Source: an uncultured Actinomycetota bacterium
Lineage (GTDB): Bacteria > Actinomycetota > Actinomycetes > Actinomycetales > Cellulomonadaceae
Direction: 5' to 3'
Assembly (NCBI GenBank): GCA_963850545.1
Contig: CAWKLP010000002.1
Location: 1,501,934-1,565,933, forward strand
Length of the DNA: 64,000 nt
Shown: piece after piece, positions 52,688-62,628 of the stretch
Position numbering within the stretch: position 1 is the first letter of the stretch
How the letters are laid out: every line of letters starts with the position of its first letter
Made by a program: the position numbers and the translations under genes
The notes under the pieces: model-generated
Seen by the model: the letters and a program-made list of their open reading frames with translations, nothing else
Told to the model about the DNA's origin: nothing
The model's database searches: none

Positions 52688-53227
52688 ATGTTCGCAATCC
52701 TGCATACCACCTCCGGTGACATCCGCATCGAGCTCTTCCCGAACCACGCGCCCAAGACTGTCGAGAACTTCGTCGGCCTCGCGACCGGTGAGAAGGCCTG
52801 GACGGACCCGCGGACGGGTGAGGAGCGCAAGGACCCGTTCTACGACGGCCTGATCTTCCACCGCGTCATCGACGACTTCATGATCCAGGGCGGCTGCCCG
52901 CTCGGTACGGGAACCGGCGGCCCGGGGTACACGTTCAACGACGAGATCCACCCGGAGCTCCAGTTCAACGAGAAGTACATCCTCGCGATGGCCAACGCCG
53001 GCAAGCGCCGGAACCCGGTCACCGGGGAGATCGAGGGCACCAACGGGTCGCAGTTCTTCCTCACCACCGCCGAGACCCCGTGGCTGAACGGCAAGCACAC
53101 GATCTTCGGCAAGGTGGCGGACGACGCGTCGCGTGAGGTCGTCGACCGGGTCGGCAAGACGCGTACGCGTCCTGGCGACCGCCCGGTCGACGACATCACC
53201 ATCGAGTCCGTCACCATCGAGCCCTGA
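52688..53227 (+). CDS. ppiA: Cyclophilin-type peptidyl-prolyl isomerase
   Basis: APKTVENFVGLA, FHRVIDDFMIQGG, GTNGSQFF, WLNGKHTIFG. Confidence 0.96.
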   Translation: MFAILHTTSGDIRIELFPNHAPKTVENFVGLATGEKAWTDPRTGEERKDPFYDGLIFHRVIDDFMIQGGCPLGTGTGGPGYTFNDEIHPELQFNEKYILAMANAGKRRNPVTGEIEGTNGSQFFLTTAETPWLNGKHTIFGKVADDASREVVDRVGKTRTRPGDRPVDDITIESVTIEP

Positions 53228-53310
53228 GGAACGACGGCGGCCGCGCCGCCCGGGCTGGATCAGGCACGACCCTGTGCACCGAGGACCGAGGGGACTGAGG
53301 ACGTATCGCG

Positions 53311-54192
53311 ATGAACGACCCGGCCGCCGACGAGCCGACCGAGGCCGCGGCTCCCGTCTGCCCACGACACCCGGACCGGGTGTCCTACGTGCGCTGCCAG
53401 CGTTGTGGCCGACCCGCCTGCCCGGAGTGTCAGCGGCCGGCCGCCGTCGGCGTGCAGTGCGTGGACTGCGTCCGGGAGTCGAAGCGTTCCGCTCCCCGCG
53501 TACGTACGGTGTTCGGCGGCACGGCCAGTACCACGACCACCAACGGCCGGCCGATGGTCACGCTCACGATCATCGGGCTCTGTGTCGTGAGCTGGCTGCT
53601 GCAGCTGGTGACGTCGGGTGCGTGGACGGAGATGCTGTGGTTCTGGCCCTGGGGCGGCGCGGTCGAACCGTGGCGCTTCCTCACGGCATCGTTCCTGCAC
53701 TCCACGTCGCCGCTGCACATCCTGTTCAACATGTATGCCCTGTGGATAACGGGCCAGTTCCTCGAACCCCTGCTCGGTCGGGCGCGCTTCGGGATCCTGT
53801 GCCTGCTCTCCGCCGTGGGCGGTTCGGTCGGCGTGCTGCTCCTCGCGGGCGACCCGTTCACGTCCGCCGCCTGGGTGACGCCGGTGGTCGGCGCGTCCGG
53901 CATGGTGTTCGGCCTGTTCGGGGCGATGCTTCCGGTGATGCGGCGCCTGGGTCGCAGCATGGGACAGGTGCTCGTCCTGCTCGCGGTGAATGGCGCGATC
54001 GGGTTCTTCGTGCCGAACATCTCCTGGCAGGCGCACCTGGGTGGGCTCGTCACGGGTGCCCTGGTGGCGACGGCATACGCGTACGCCCCGAAGGACCGCC
54101 GCGCCGTCGTCGCCTGGGTGGTCCCGCTGGCCGGCGTCGCGCTTCTCGTGGGCCTGGCGGTGTGGCGCTACAGCTCGGTGGGCGTCCTGTGA
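53311..54192 (+). CDS. Rhomboid intramembrane serine protease with N-terminal Zn finger
   Basis: CPRHP...CQRC...C; HILFNM, GASG, WQAHLGG. Confidence 0.92.
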   Translation: MNDPAADEPTEAAAPVCPRHPDRVSYVRCQRCGRPACPECQRPAAVGVQCVDCVRESKRSAPRVRTVFGGTASTTTTNGRPMVTLTIIGLCVVSWLLQLVTSGAWTEMLWFWPWGGAVEPWRFLTASFLHSTSPLHILFNMYALWITGQFLEPLLGRARFGILCLLSAVGGSVGVLLLAGDPFTSAAWVTPVVGASGMVFGLFGAMLPVMRRLGRSMGQVLVLLAVNGAIGFFVPNISWQAHLGGLVTGALVATAYAYAPKDRRAVVAWVVPLAGVALLVGLAVWRYSSVGVL

Positions 54193-54276
54193 GCGAACCG
54201 CCCGCGCCTCGCCGGAGCCCGGCCAGGCATGCGGATCCGGACCGGACGAACCAGCTGGCGGTGTACCACCACACTC

Positions 54277-54308
54277 TTTTCCCCAGCTTTACCCACAGCT
54301 GTGGATAA
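54277..54308. promoter_or_regulatory. Cluster of three DnaA boxes between rhomboid and crgA
   Basis: TTTTCCCCA, TTACCCACA, TGTGGATAA (perfect TTATCCACA on the minus strand). Confidence 0.65.
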
Positions 54309-54353
54309 ATGGGTACACGGCCCCGCGGCCGCCTCAGCGCGGCCGCGGAACCG

Positions 54354-54626
54354 TTACCGCCAGCGGGTGGTGAGGCCGAAACCGACGATGATCAGGCCGA
54401 AGCCGACCGCGAGGTTCCACTGGCCGAGCTGCGGGATCGGCAGACCGAGGTCGGCGCTCGTGAGGTAGAACGTCACGATCCAGGCGAGGCCAAGGACCAT
54501 GAGGCCGACCATGACCGGGGCCAGCCAGCGCGGGTTGACCGCCTCACCAGGCAGCGCGATCTTGGCCTCGGCCTTCTCAGCCTTGGACGTGGTCTTCTTC
54601 TTGTTGCGGGACTTCGACTCGGGCAC
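54354..54626 (-). CDS. crgA: Cell division protein CrgA
   Basis: MPESKSR, NPRWLAPVMVGLMVLGLAWIVTFY, WNLAVGFG...TTRWR. Confidence 0.93.
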   Translation of the reverse strand: MPESKSRNKKKTTSKAEKAEAKIALPGEAVNPRWLAPVMVGLMVLGLAWIVTFYLTSADLGLPIPQLGQWNLAVGFGLIIVGFGLTTRWR

Positions 54627-54771
54627 GAGGCGGGCTCCTGTCCTGGGGGGTCCGCCCGACGGGTGTGCCGAGCCGACGTCTGCTTGCTCGTGGACTAGCG
54701 TAGTGCTCAACAGGCCCGAGTCGTGACCAGACGCGTCCGCGGGTTTGTCGAATGTTGCAGGAGGGACGCGT

Positions 54772-55587
54772 GTGACCGGAGCCGAGCCGACGCCCGCGCC
54801 GTCGTCCAAGGGCGGTGCGGCAGGTTTTTTTCGTGACCCGCCGAACGCGGGATGGCGGTCGTGGCTCAGTGTGGGCGCCGTCGCCGTGCTGGCCGGCCTC
54901 ATGTTCAGCGCCAGCGCCCGGCTGGCCGACGGCGGCGGCGCCGACAACCGCGACCCACAGGACCTCGCCCAGCTCGTGGACGCCGAGACGGGACGCGTCA
55001 CCGATCTCACCGAGCGCACCGCCGAGCTGGACCGCGAGATCGAAGCGCTCACCGCGCGGGCCGGCACCACGGTGCCGACGCTGGACCCCGACCTGGTGGA
55101 CCGTGAGGGCGTGGTGTCGGGAACCGAGCCGGTGGAGGGCGCCGGCCTGACGGTGACGCTCGACGACGCGCCGTCGACGTCGGTCGGTGCGGGCCCGGGC
55201 GGTGTGGAGCCGCAGCCCGACGACCTCGTGGTGCACCAGCAGGACCTGCAGCACGTCATCAACGCGCTGTGGGGCGGAGGCGCGGAGGCGATGACGCTGC
55301 AGGGCGAGCGCGTGACGTCGACGTCGGCGTTCCGTTGCTCGGGGAACATCCTGCTGCTGCACGGCAAGGTCTTCTCCCCGCCCTACAAGGTGACGGCAGT
55401 GGGCGACCCGGCGAAGATGGAGGCGTCGCTCGACAGCTCCGACGGTGTGCAGACGTATCTCGAGTACGTGGACTGGGTACACCTGGGCTGGGACGTGCAG
55501 AGCAGCGACCACCTGGACCTCCCCGCGTACGACGGCGGCGGTCTGCAGTACGCGACGGTTCCCGACGGTACGGAGGTCTTTGGATGA
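54772..55587 (+). CDS. DUF881 family protein
   Basis: VEGAGLTVTLDDAP, VVHQQDLQHVINALWGGGAEAM, SPPYKVTAVG. Confidence 0.88.
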   Translation: MTGAEPTPAPSSKGGAAGFFRDPPNAGWRSWLSVGAVAVLAGLMFSASARLADGGGADNRDPQDLAQLVDAETGRVTDLTERTAELDREIEALTARAGTTVPTLDPDLVDREGVVSGTEPVEGAGLTVTLDDAPSTSVGAGPGGVEPQPDDLVVHQQDLQHVINALWGGGAEAMTLQGERVTSTSAFRCSGNILLLHGKVFSPPYKVTAVGDPAKMEASLDSSDGVQTYLEYVDWVHLGWDVQSSDHLDLPAYDGGGLQYATVPDGTEVFG

Positions 55588-56417
55588 CCCACGCGCAGGC
55601 GGGCCACAACGTGCCCCTGCCACAGGAGGTGTTCCCCATCACGTACCAGCGGGGTCCGTCCGGGATGGGACCGCGCAACGCGCGGCGCCCGCGGACGTCG
55701 GGGTCCCCCATGCGGCCCGTCGCCTGGCTGATCGGCGTGATGGGCGAGCTCCTCGTGACCGCCGGTCTGGTGCTCGGGCTGTTCGTGGTGTGGCAGCTCT
55801 GGTGGACCGACGTCGAAGGCGCGCGTGCGCAGAACGAGATCATCGCCGAGATGGACTGGGAGGGCGCCCAGTCCGGTCCGGCGACCGCAACCGAGCACCA
55901 CGGGCCGCCGCCCGTCATGGAGGAGCCGCCGGAGGCAGGGACCCTCTTCGCGCAGATGTTCATCCCGCGATTCGGGGACGACTACGTCAAGCCCGTCGCG
56001 GAAGGCACGGACAAGGCGACGGTGCTCGACACCATCGGCATCGGGCACTACGTGGACACCGCCATGCCGGGCGACCTGGGCAACTTCGCCCTCGCCGCGC
56101 ACCGCACCACGTACGGCAAACCCTTCAACCAGATCGCGGAGCTCAAGAACGGCGACGCTCTGGTGGTCCGCACCGAGGACACCTGGTACGTGTACAAGGT
56201 GACGGAGTCGAAGATCGTGTACCCGCAGAACGTCGAGGTCATCGCGCCGGTGCCGGGCGTGACCGACGACCAGCCGATGCCCGAGCTGACCAAGCGGTTC
56301 ATCACGCTGACCTCCTGCCACCCGATGTTCTCCGCGACCGAGCGGTACATCGTGCACGGCGAGCTCGAGTACTGGTCACCGGTGGGCGAGGGTAAGCCGA
56401 AGGAGCTGGTGAGCTGA
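55584..56417 (+). CDS. srtE: Class E sortase
   Basis: GNFALAAHRTTYG, ITLTSCHP...ERY (His/Cys/Arg triad). Confidence 0.92.
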   Translation: MTHAQAGHNVPLPQEVFPITYQRGPSGMGPRNARRPRTSGSPMRPVAWLIGVMGELLVTAGLVLGLFVVWQLWWTDVEGARAQNEIIAEMDWEGAQSGPATATEHHGPPPVMEEPPEAGTLFAQMFIPRFGDDYVKPVAEGTDKATVLDTIGIGHYVDTAMPGDLGNFALAAHRTTYGKPFNQIAELKNGDALVVRTEDTWYVYKVTESKIVYPQNVEVIAPVPGVTDDQPMPELTKRFITLTSCHPMFSATERYIVHGELEYWSPVGEGKPKELVS

Positions 56418-56575
56418 TGTACGCGCTGCTGTGGCGGGCCATCCCCGGCCCCGGCTGGTTCAAGTTCCTGGTCTGTCTCGTGCTCGTGTTCGGCGTGGTC
56501 GCCGTGTGCTTCACCGAGTTCTTTCCCTGGCTCAGCGAGTACATGCCGTTCAACGACACGACCGTCGGCGCGTAG
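56417..56575 (+). CDS. Small membrane protein (52 aa)
   Basis: Read manually: MYALLWRAIPGPGWFK...FPWLSEYMPFNDTTVGA; ATG overlaps the srtE stop. Confidence 0.75.
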   Translation: MYALLWRAIPGPGWFKFLVCLVLVFGVVAVCFTEFFPWLSEYMPFNDTTVGA

Positions 56576-56584
56576 CATTCCAGC

Positions 56585-57262
56585 ATGACGCGCATCCTTG
56601 TCGTCGACAACTACGACTCGTTCGTCTACACGATCGTCGGCTACCTCGACCAGATCGGCGCACGGACCGTGGTGGTCCGGAACGACGCCGTGCCCTCCCC
56701 CGACGCCGACGGCCGCTTCTGGTACGACGGCGAAGACGGCACACCCGTGCCCTACGACGGCGTCCTCGTGTCACCCGGACCAGGGACGCCCGCCGAGGCC
56801 GGCGCCTCCGAGGACGTGATCCGCGCCTGCGCCCGGTCGCGCACCCCGATGCTCGGCGTCTGCCTGGGACACCAGGCGCTCGCCGAGGTGTACGGCGGCA
56901 AGGTGACGCACGCACCCGAGCTCATGCACGGCAAGACGAGCGAAGTGCTCGCGAGCACGGGCAACCTGCACCAGCCCAGTGTTCTCGCCGGCCTGCCGAC
57001 GCCGTTCACCGCCACGCGCTATCACTCGCTGGCCGTGACCCCGGACAGCGTGCCCGCTGAGCTCGAGGTGACGTGCTCGACGGCGTCGGGCATCGTCATG
57101 GGGCTGCAGCACCGCGAGCTGCCGCTGCACGGCGTCCAGTTCCATCCCGAGTCCGTGCTCACCGAGGGCGGGCACCGGCTGCTGGCGAACTGGCTCGAGA
57201 CCTGCGGGCTCGAGGGCGCCGTCGAGCGGGCAAAGGGAATGGCGCCGCTGGTCACCTCGTGA
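56585..57262 (+). CDS. pabA: Anthranilate/aminodeoxychorismate synthase component II (glutamine amidotransferase)
   Basis: VVDNYDSF, SPGPG, GVCLGHQ, TRYHSL, GVQFHPES. Confidence 0.9.
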   Translation: MTRILVVDNYDSFVYTIVGYLDQIGARTVVVRNDAVPSPDADGRFWYDGEDGTPVPYDGVLVSPGPGTPAEAGASEDVIRACARSRTPMLGVCLGHQALAEVYGGKVTHAPELMHGKTSEVLASTGNLHQPSVLAGLPTPFTATRYHSLAVTPDSVPAELEVTCSTASGIVMGLQHRELPLHGVQFHPESVLTEGGHRLLANWLETCGLEGAVERAKGMAPLVTS

Positions 57263-57316
57263 CCAACGACGCCATTCGCGTGCTGCTCCGACCGGGCGTC
57301 CCGGTCGGAGCGTGGC

Positions 57317-59326
57317 TCACGGGATGATGTCCTCGCCGTCAGCCTCTCCGCCGTCCTCCGGACCGGACGAGATCACCAGGTTGATCGTGGCGCCGATCTC
57401 GACGGTCGAACCGGGAGCCGGGTCCGACCTGATCACGGTGCCCTCCTCGAAGGTGCTCGACGGTTCCTGTGCCGCCTCGACGCAGGTGACCTGCGCACCG
57501 GTGCACGAGACCTGGGCGTCCTCGAGCGTCTTGCCGTAGAGATCCGCGGGAACGGTCGTCTCCTGGGGCGCCGGAGCCGTCGCGATGTAGACGGTGATGT
57601 AGGAGCCCTGATCGACGTCGCCCTCACCCGGGTCGGTGCGCGCCACGGTGCCCTCGGTGACCTGGTCGCTCTCCTCCTCGTCCCACTGGATGTTGAGGCC
57701 GAGGGCCTGCAGCTGCTGCTCGGCAGCGTCGCGTGACTGGCCCACCAGGTTCGGGATCGTGACCTGGCCGCTCGACACGTACAGGACGACCTCCTGGCCC
57801 TCCTGCACGGTCTGGCCGGCACTGGGCTCGGTCTTGGTCACCATGCCCGCGTCGACGTCCGGGCTGTTCTCGGTCTCGGTGCTGCTGTACCGGAGGCCGG
57901 CCTCTTCGAGCGCGGCCTTGGCGGCGTCCTCGGTCTGGCCGCTGAGGTCGGGCATGTTGAACTGCCCAGGGGCCCCGGCGACGTAGACGGTGACCGTCGA
58001 GCCATCGGAGACCTCCGTGCCTGCGGCCGGGTCGGTCGTGCCGGTGGTCAGGCCCTCTTCGAGGTCGGACTCCTTGTCGATGGCCCGCTGGAACGTCAGC
58101 CCAGCGGCCTCGATCTGCGACTTGGCCTCGTCGGCGGTCAGGCCGTCCGAGATCGCGGGCACGGGGGTCGTCGTCGGCTCCTCGGTACCGTTGTTCATCA
58201 ACATGGCGATGACGATCGCCGCGACGGCCGCCAGGGCGATGCCGAGCAGCCACCACATGAGCGCCCTGCTCTTCTTCTCGGGCTCGCGCTGGCCACGGGT
58301 GGGCTGGCCGGGGTAACCGCCGCCGGGCGTGACCGGGCTCTGCTGCGCCGTCGCCGGTCCCCAGTTGCCCTGCCCGGGCGTCATGACCTGCGTGGCGCCG
58401 TACGCGGGCGGCCCCGCGACCTGCGTGGCGCCCATCATGGCGCCGACCATCGGAGCGCTGACCTGCCCGCCACGCATGGCGGCCTCCAGGTCGCGACGGA
58501 ACTCCGCCGCGGTGCTGTAACGGTGGTCGCGGTCCTTGGTCAGGGCCTTGAGGGTGATGCGGTCGAGCACCTCGGGGACGTCGGTGGCGACCTCCGACGG
58601 GCGCTGCGGCTCCTGGCCCACGTGCTGGTAGGCGACGGCGACCGGCGAGTCGCCCTGGAACGGCGGGCGCCCGGTGAGCAGCTCGAACAGCATGCAGCCG
58701 GTGGAGTACAGGTCGGACCGGGTGTCCACCTGCTCGCCGCGGGCCTGCTCCGGCGAGAGGTACTGCGCGGTGCCGATCACGGCGTGGGTCTGCGTCATCG
58801 TCGCGGCGGAGTCCGCCATGGCGCGCGCGATGCCGAAGTCCATCACCTTGACCGCGCCCGTGGGCGTGATCATCACGTTCGCGGGCTTGATGTCGCGGTG
58901 CACGATGCCCGCGTGGTGCGAGTACTCCAGCGCGCTCAGCACGCCGACCGTGATCTCGACGGCCTCCTCGATCGGCACCGCGGCGCCGTCGGTCAGGATG
59001 TCGCGGACGGTGTGCCCCTCCACGTACTCCATGACGATGAACGGCACGTGCACGTCCTGGCCGGAGGCATCCTGGTGGATGTCCTCGCCCGTGTCGTACA
59101 CGGCGACGACCGCCGGGTGGTTCAGGGCGGCAGCGGACTGTGCCTCACGCCGGAAGCGCGTGAGGAAGGACGGGTCGCGAGCGAGGTCGGAACGCAGCAC
59201 CTTGATCGCGACCGTACGACCGAGACGTGTGTCGTGGCCGATGTGTACCTCGGCCATGCCGCCACGGCCGATAAGCTCACCGACCTCGTAACGGCCGGCG
59301 AGTACGCGGGGCGTGTTCTCCACCAC
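57317..59326 (-). CDS. pknB: PASTA-domain Ser/Thr kinase PknB
   Basis: IGRGGMAEV, VAIK, HRDIKPAN, DFGIARA, TM helix, multiple PASTA repeats. Confidence 0.96.
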   Translation of the reverse strand: MVENTPRVLAGRYEVGELIGRGGMAEVHIGHDTRLGRTVAIKVLRSDLARDPSFLTRFRREAQSAAALNHPAVVAVYDTGEDIHQDASGQDVHVPFIVMEYVEGHTVRDILTDGAAVPIEEAVEITVGVLSALEYSHHAGIVHRDIKPANVMITPTGAVKVMDFGIARAMADSAATMTQTHAVIGTAQYLSPEQARGEQVDTRSDLYSTGCMLFELLTGRPPFQGDSPVAVAYQHVGQEPQRPSEVATDVPEVLDRITLKALTKDRDHRYSTAAEFRRDLEAAMRGGQVSAPMVGAMMGATQVAGPPAYGATQVMTPGQGNWGPATAQQSPVTPGGGYPGQPTRGQREPEKKSRALMWWLLGIALAAVAAIVIAMLMNNGTEEPTTTPVPAISDGLTADEAKSQIEAAGLTFQRAIDKESDLEEGLTTGTTDPAAGTEVSDGSTVTVYVAGAPGQFNMPDLSGQTEDAAKAALEEAGLRYSSTETENSPDVDAGMVTKTEPSAGQTVQEGQEVVLYVSSGQVTIPNLVGQSRDAAEQQLQALGLNIQWDEEESDQVTEGTVARTDPGEGDVDQGSYITVYIATAPAPQETTVPADLYGKTLEDAQVSCTGAQVTCVEAAQEPSSTFEEGTVIRSDPAPGSTVEIGATINLVISSGPEDGGEADGEDIIP

Positions 59327-61090
59327 TCATAGGTCCTTTGATGTCGTGGCCGTATGCCTCAGGGCGTACGACTCGTTGAGGAGCATCATCCCAGAAGCGG
59401 CGAGTGCAGCCCCTGCCGGGGGATTCAGCGTTTCGGCGTAGATTTCGGAGGAACCCCACGGCTCCTGCAGAGCGCTGTCGCCGCCGCCCCCGGTGACCAG
59501 CGTGATGATGAGGACCACGAGCAGCAACGCGACCAGTGCGACGAGCGGCCAGGCCACGCGGACCCCAACACGATCCTCGATCCCGTTCACCCAACCTCGG
59601 ATGTCGGACGACAGACTCCGGCGTCCCTTCCCAGGGTGCCCTCCCGAGCGGCCCTGCTGGGGGACCTTCCGCCCGTCCTGGCGTGTCGAGTGCAGGTCAC
59701 GGCGAGAGGGATAGGACCGAGCCGCTCCGCTCCCGGTCCCGGCACCAGTCGGCGGCATGTACCCCGGAGCGGCCGGCCGGCCGTAGGCGTCAGAACCGTA
59801 CGCGCCCGACGTCGTGCCGTAGCCGGCCGAGTCCGAACCGTACCCGGCGGAATCCGTGCCGTACGCCCCCGAGCCGGGACCGCCGGCCGGGGCACCCGGC
59901 CCAGGCGAGTACGGACGCCCGTAGGCGTCCGTTCCATAGGCTCCCGACGTCGTGCCGTAGCCAGCCGAGTCGGAGCCGTAAGACCCCGAAGCGTAGGGCC
60001 CGGAGCCGTAACCACCCGCCGGGGTACCCGAGCCGTAACCACCGGCCGGCGTGCCCGGATCGGAACCGGGGTGAGGCGGCGCGGACTGCGCATTGGCCAC
60101 AGTGGTGTGCCGACCGCCGCTGTTCTGGCCGAACGGAGCCTGCCGTCGCGCGTGCGACGGGCCTGGCTGCGCCGGGCTTGTCCGGCTGTTGCCGGCCCGC
60201 TGCGGCGACGGAGCCTGCCCGTCGCGGCGCGGGCGGCGCGCGTAGCGCGAGCTGCCGAACGGGTCTTCCGCGATCTCCGCGGCGAGCATGTCGAGGTGCC
60301 GCGCGAGCTGGTCCGCCGAGGTGATGCGCTGAGCCGGGTCCTTCTCCAGCATCTTCGTGATGGTCTCCGCGAGACCCGGGTGCACCGAGGTCGGCAGCAG
60401 CGGCATCGGCGCGTTGACGTGCGCGATCGCGATGTCGACCGGCGTCCTGCCGGTGAACGGGCGACGGCCCGCCGTCGCCTCGTAGGCGACCACGCCGAGC
60501 GCGTAGATGTCCGAGGCACCCGTGGCCGACTGCCCCACCGCCTGCTCGGGGGAGAGGTACTGCGCGGTGCCCATGACCATGCCCGTGGCGGTCATGGGGA
60601 CCTGGTTCTGCGCCACCGAGACGCCGAAGTCGGTGATCTTCACCGTGCCGGAGTGCTCCAGCAGGATGTTGCCCGGCTTCACGTCACGGTGCACCACGCC
60701 GGCGAGGTGCGCGGCGTGCAGGCCGCGCGCCGTCTGCGCCAGGATCGGCAGCAGCCGCGCGGGCTGGAGCACCGGCTCGCGCTCGAGCAGGTCGGCGAGC
60801 GGCTCACCCAGGACCAGCTCCATGACGAGGTAGCCGGCGCCGTTCTCCTCGCCGTAGTCGAACATCTGCGCGATGTTGGGGTGGACGAGGGTCGACGAGT
60901 TCCGGGCCTCGGTGCGCAGGCGACGAAGAAAGTCCTCGTTGCCCGTGTACTCCTCACGAAGCACCTTCACGGCGATCTCGCGCGCGAGCTTCACGTCGCG
61001 CGCGACCCAGACCTCGCCCATGCCGCCCATGGCGATGCGCCGCACCAGCGTGTAGCGCTCACCGAGCGTCAGACCCTCGACCGGCCTCAT
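59327..61090 (-). CDS. pknA: Ser/Thr kinase PknA with G/Y/S-rich repetitive linker
   Basis: IAMGGMGEV, HRDVKPGN, DFG, GTAQYLSPEQ; TM near the C-terminus. Confidence 0.92.
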   Translation of the reverse strand: MRPVEGLTLGERYTLVRRIAMGGMGEVWVARDVKLAREIAVKVLREEYTGNEDFLRRLRTEARNSSTLVHPNIAQMFDYGEENGAGYLVMELVLGEPLADLLEREPVLQPARLLPILAQTARGLHAAHLAGVVHRDVKPGNILLEHSGTVKITDFGVSVAQNQVPMTATGMVMGTAQYLSPEQAVGQSATGASDIYALGVVAYEATAGRRPFTGRTPVDIAIAHVNAPMPLLPTSVHPGLAETITKMLEKDPAQRITSADQLARHLDMLAAEIAEDPFGSSRYARRPRRDGQAPSPQRAGNSRTSPAQPGPSHARRQAPFGQNSGGRHTTVANAQSAPPHPGSDPGTPAGGYGSGTPAGGYGSGPYASGSYGSDSAGYGTTSGAYGTDAYGRPYSPGPGAPAGGPGSGAYGTDSAGYGSDSAGYGTTSGAYGSDAYGRPAAPGYMPPTGAGTGSGAARSYPSRRDLHSTRQDGRKVPQQGRSGGHPGKGRRSLSSDIRGWVNGIEDRVGVRVAWPLVALVALLLVVLIITLVTGGGGDSALQEPWGSSEIYAETLNPPAGAALAASGMMLLNESYALRHTATTSKDL

Positions 61091-62628
61091 TGCGTGATCG
61101 CCGCCTGCATGATCTGCGCGGCGATGGGGGCGGCGAGGGCGCCGCCCGTGGACTCGTTGGTGGACTGGCCCTCGTTCTCCAGCACCACCGCTACGGCGAC
61201 CTGCGGGTCGTCGGCCGGGGCGAACGACGTGAACCACAGCGTGGGCGACCGCGGGTTGTCCTCGGCCGTGCCGGTCTTGCCGGCCACCTGGACGCCCGGG
61301 ATCTGCGCGCCCGCGCCGGTGCCGCCCTCGTCGTTGACGACGCCGAGCATCATCTCGGTGAGCGCGTCGGCAGTGGACGACGAGAACGGGCTCTTGTAGC
61401 GGTTCGGCTTGGTCTGGCTGACCAGCTCGAGGTCGCTGTCCCGCACGTTCTCGATGAGGTACGGCTCCATGAGGTCGCCGTCGTTCGCGATTGCGGCCGA
61501 GATCATGGCGACCTGGAGCGGCGTCATGCGCAGGCTGCCCTGGCCCATGCCGGACAGCGCGATGCGGGCGTCGGAGTCGTCGTCCTCCTCGCCGCCGACG
61601 AGACCGGGGTAGGCGCCCTTAGACGTCGACATCGGGATGTCGATCGAGTCGGTGAACCCGAAGTCCTGGAACATCCGCTGCATGCCGTCCTTGCCGACGT
61701 CGTTCGCCAGGCCGAGGAACGCGGTGTTGCAGGAGATCTTCAGCGCGTCCTTGAGCGTCATCTCTTGCGTCGAGGAGCAGGTCTCGCCGTCGAAGTTCTG
61801 CACCTCGCCGTTGGGGCCGGTCGTGCCGGGGAGCTGATAGATGTCCGGCGCCGGGATCGAGGTATCGGGCGACTTTCCGTCGTACTCGATGGCGGCGGCA
61901 GACGTGAGCAGCTTGAACGTGGACCCGGGCGGGTAGAGCGCGTTGATCGCGCGGTTCACCGTGGGGCCGTAGGCGCTGAACCGCTCCTCGCCCTCGACGG
62001 TGTTGACCTGCGGGTTCTGGTTCAGGAGCGCTTCGTAGGCAGTGGTCGCCTCGGCGCCGTCGTGCACGGCGATCGTGTTCGGGTCGAAGGACGGCTTGGA
62101 GACCATCGCAAGGATGGCGCCCGTCTTCGGGTCGAGGGCCACGGCAGCGCCGATGTTGTCCCCGAGGGCATCCCAGGCGGCCTTCTGCACCTTGGGGTCG
62201 ATGGTGAGCTCGACCGACGAGCCCTGCGCCTCCTCGCCCGTGATGAGGTTCTGCAGCCGGTCGAGCCACAGCGAGTCGTCCTCGCCGCCGAGGTACCCGT
62301 TGGCGTAGCGCTCGAGCCCCGTGTACGTGCCCGTCACGGCGAAGAAGCCGGTCAGCGGCGCGTACACGCTGGCGGCACCCGCATCCCCGGCCGAGTAGGT
62401 GCGCTGGTACTTGTAGTCGTCGTCGACCGGCTCCGAGGTGACGATCGGCTCGCCGCCCACCACGATGGGCCCGCGGTTGCGGCCCAGCTCGCTGTAGATG
62501 TTGCGGACGTTGCGCGGGTCCGCGTTCAGCTCGCCCGCGCTGACGAACTGGATCCAGGTGGTCGCCACCATGAGGGCCAGGAACATGGCCATCACGATGG
62601 TCGACAGGCGGCGCAGGGTCGCGTTCAC
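61087..62628 (-). CDS. pbpA: Class B penicillin-binding protein PbpA
   Basis: PGSTFK (SxxK), SCN, KTG. Confidence 0.95.
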   Translation of the reverse strand: MNATLRRLSTIVMAMFLALMVATTWIQFVSAGELNADPRNVRNIYSELGRNRGPIVVGGEPIVTSEPVDDDYKYQRTYSAGDAGAASVYAPLTGFFAVTGTYTGLERYANGYLGGEDDSLWLDRLQNLITGEEAQGSSVELTIDPKVQKAAWDALGDNIGAAVALDPKTGAILAMVSKPSFDPNTIAVHDGAEATTAYEALLNQNPQVNTVEGEERFSAYGPTVNRAINALYPPGSTFKLLTSAAAIEYDGKSPDTSIPAPDIYQLPGTTGPNGEVQNFDGETCSSTQEMTLKDALKISCNTAFLGLANDVGKDGMQRMFQDFGFTDSIDIPMSTSKGAYPGLVGGEEDDDSDARIALSGMGQGSLRMTPLQVAMISAAIANDGDLMEPYLIENVRDSDLELVSQTKPNRYKSPFSSSTADALTEMMLGVVNDEGGTGAGAQIPGVQVAGKTGTAEDNPRSPTLWFTSFAPADDPQVAVAVVLENEGQSTNESTGGALAAPIAAQIMQAAITQ

